From a virus (taxonomy: Duplodnaviria; Caudoviricetes): DNA of 28,098 bases. Location of the stretch: the IMG/VR virus record IMGVR_UViG_3300032373_000089, positions 1 to 28,098 of that record, one strand, 5' to 3'. Positions within the stretch are counted from its first letter, which is position 1. The number at the start of each line of letters is the position of its first letter. Position numbers and translations under genes: made by a program. Shown one piece after another: positions 26,364-28,098 of this stretch. The notes under the pieces are model-generated. The model saw only the letters and a list, made by a program, of their open reading frames with translations. It was not told the DNA's origin and made no database searches.

Positions 26364-26573
26364 AGCGCTATAAGCCTCACCGCAAAACGGGCAGAATGAA
26401 GAAAAAACAGGTACAGCTTTTTTTCTAACGCCGCTATCAGCTTTTTCTGTAACAATCTGAACCTTAACGCCGGTACAATTCATACTGCTGTCCAGTAATA
26501 AAGGTACTTTGATTTTTGTGTTTAAGTTTTTTTCGTTTAACTTTTCGTTTACCGTTTCAACACAATTACACAT
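26358..26573 (-). CDS. 71-aa Cys-rich zinc-binding protein (cassette 2 cargo)
   Basis: MCNC...FCPFCG; SD GGAG; TAA stop lies within the B2 GTTA box. Confidence 0.78.
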   Translation of the reverse strand: MCNCVETVNEKLNEKNLNTKIKVPLLLDSSMNCTGVKVQIVTEKADSGVRKKAVPVFSSFCPFCGEAYSAA

Positions 26574-26597
26574 TTACTTATCTCCATTATTAGCCTT

Positions 26598-26660
26598 GCA
26601 TAACAAGGCGTTTAAAAATCGGAGCGCATAAAGCCGCGCCCGGTTAACTCTGCGTTATAA
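26598..26660 (+). repeat. attC-like site A2
   Basis: GCATAAC-AAGGC-GTTTAAA...GGTTAAC-TCTGC-GTTATAA; direct repeat of A1. Confidence 0.85.
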
Positions 26661-26753
26661 AATAAAAATCCACACTAATAAAGCACAACATATAAACCCT
26701 GCTACAAACCCTTGTTTTAATGATTTATTAGCTATTTCTTCGTATTGGTTCAT
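26655..26753 (-). CDS. 32-aa membrane microprotein
   Basis: Not in track. SD AGGAG; MNQYEEIANKSLKQGFVAGFICCALLVWIFIL; stop lies within the A2 GTTA box. Confidence 0.6.
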   Translation of the reverse strand: MNQYEEIANKSLKQGFVAGFICCALLVWIFIL

Positions 26754-26771
26754 TGTTTTGCTCCTATAATT

Positions 26772-26987
26772 TTATCCCATAAGCTGATTAAACTTATTAT
26801 AAAGATTCGCTTCATCTACTGGAATACCTTTCTTTTTTGTTCTCCGGCTCTTTTTTCTGCACTCATTGCACAGTCTTTCTCTATATGCCTTTCCTGTTGT
26901 TTTATTAGTGCGAATAATCCTAAATTCGTTATCAGGTTTAATATCTCCGCAGCCTTTGACTGATTTTGTGTTTTTACAAAGAATCAA
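26772..26987 (-). CDS. Basic zinc-finger protein
   Basis: C...GCGDIKPDNEF...CNECRKK pattern; TTG start overlapping the end of the exonuclease gene. Confidence 0.6.
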   Translation of the reverse strand: MILCKNTKSVKGCGDIKPDNEFRIIRTNKTTGKAYRERLCNECRKKSRRTKKKGIPVDEANLYNKFNQLMG

Positions 26988-27600
26988 GAATCTTCAACTT
27001 TTCGTCAAGTTCTGAGTTAAATTTAATCACTTCTAACTCCATTTCTTCAATATATTTATTATCTCGGTCGACTCGGATTATCAGCTTGTTTAAATGTTCT
27101 GGCATACGCGGATCAAAACTCATAAAATCACACCAATTCTTACTCAAGCAAGCCATTTGCCATTGCATTTGATCAATATATTTTTTAGGTATTGTTTTGC
27201 TAATCATATAATCAATGTGAGTGGCTGTATTTGGGCATTTAATCTCAAGCAATCCTTCTCCGGCCAAACCATCTGGGCTTGCCCCGCTAAACTCAATATT
27301 TGGATGGTCTGCAAACGATATTCGCTCAACCTCAACATCATTTAAAAACTCATACGCCGCGATTGCTTGCGGCTCTGTTTCTACACCCCATTGCATGGCG
27401 GCATTGCTAAAACTGTCTGATTTAACGCCTGTGAGCCTCTCAGCAATAAGCTGCCCCATGTAGGTTGTGCGCCCTGCTGCTGGCTTACCGCTTTTTAGTT
27501 TTGCCATAACATCAGTAATTTTTGATGCGGTGACTTTACCGGCACGCAGTGATAACCATTCATCGGAACCTTGCGGATAATCGTCTTCAAAATAAATCAT
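26974..27600 (-). CDS. YqaJ / lambda-exonuclease family recombination nuclease
   Basis: QGSDEWLSLRAGKVTAS, AMQWGVETEP, GASPDGL, LEIKCP and QMQWQM motifs. Confidence 0.93.
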   Translation of the reverse strand: MIYFEDDYPQGSDEWLSLRAGKVTASKITDVMAKLKSGKPAAGRTTYMGQLIAERLTGVKSDSFSNAAMQWGVETEPQAIAAYEFLNDVEVERISFADHPNIEFSGASPDGLAGEGLLEIKCPNTATHIDYMISKTIPKKYIDQMQWQMACLSKNWCDFMSFDPRMPEHLNKLIIRVDRDNKYIEEMELEVIKFNSELDEKLKILDSL

Positions 27601-28098
27601 TTTTTCACCTTTGCTTTTGCTTTAATTGCCGCTAGTGCGTTTTTATATTGCTTTGCTGGAACATGGTTAAAGCTACCGCACTGGAAATAAGTTAAGAATT
27701 TCCCTTTATCAACTCCGGCATCGTCAGCCAGCTTTTCAAGCTCTTCGGCTTGCTCAAAAGTAACCCTGTCGCTACCGTCTGTGTCAGCCTCTTTTGAAGC
27801 AAGCCCTAATATACTAAATAGCGTGTACCTTTGAAGATAGCTAACCGTTGAACCTATGGCCTGAATATCGTTTTTACTTCCAGACTTATCAGGAAACTCC
27901 CTTAAAGCGGTGCATTCTTCGTGCCCTAGAACATGAGTAACACAACAAGTAACGGATATACTTTTTTCATCTTGGGTTGTTTTCCATGAGTGACTTAATC
28001 CATTAGCGACCATAGCTTCTGAAATCTCGCTTATTGTTTCAGCTAATCCGGCATATTTTGAATTGTGGCCTTTCTTGTTTCGTTCAATCGTCGGCACT
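27597..28098 (-). CDS. erf: ERF-family ssDNA annealing protein, 5' end truncated
   Basis: KYAGL, NGLSHSW, HVLGHEE and QAIGSTVSYLQRYTL motifs; adjacent to the exonuclease. Confidence 0.9.
   Translation of the reverse strand, partial: VPTIERNKKGHNSKYAGLAETISEISEAMVANGLSHSWKTTQDEKSISVTCCVTHVLGHEECTALREFPDKSGSKNDIQAIGSTVSYLQRYTLFSILGLASKEADTDGSDRVTFEQAEELEKLADDAGVDKGKFLTYFQCGSFNHVPAKQYKNALAAIKAKAKVKK

Noticed and set aside
23211-26660. CRISPR array, REP elements or terminators as the explanation for the repeats
   Set aside because: There are only two copies per family, gene-sized spacing, no cas genes and no U-tracts after the stems; the TAAC/GTTA and L-box layout fits attC better.
1760-27463. 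All plus-strand ORFs in the track
   Set aside because: They are antisense shadows of well-supported minus-strand genes, with no recognisable motifs.
1-28098. Genome-wide TAG recoding (genetic code 15)
   Set aside because: Long genes are intact under code 11 with no internal TAGs; only one small ORF has an in-frame amber.
1-28098. Integron integrase, phage integrase, transposase, reverse transcriptase/DGR, tRNA or rRNA
   Set aside because: No such motifs were recognised by eye; they could lie outside the window.

Overview
This 28.1-kb window is part of a P22-like tailed dsDNA phage (podovirus or prophage); essentially all genes are on the minus strand. In transcription order it encodes: ERF annealase and YqaJ/lambda exonuclease; a nin-like region (HTH and Zn-finger proteins, RusA, Dam-type methyltransferase, NinB); P22 gp3/gp2-like terminases; portal, GroES-like co-chaperonin, scaffold, decoration protein and major capsid; gp4/gp10/gp26-like tail genes; three paralogous small virion genes; three ejection proteins; a tailspike (beta-helix plus C1q-like tip); and a lysis module (amidase, 1-TM protein, 3TM holin). 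The most unusual signal is four integron attC-like hairpins (23211-23269, 23487-23549, 26308-26363, 26598-26660). They belong to two sequence families, share one orientation, and bracket two unrelated 71-aa ORFs as gene cassettes, with no integrase in the window. A second is a capsid-operon leader carrying three boxB-like RAAGAA-loop hairpins. All product calls come from motif recognition and synteny read by eye; no database searches were run.
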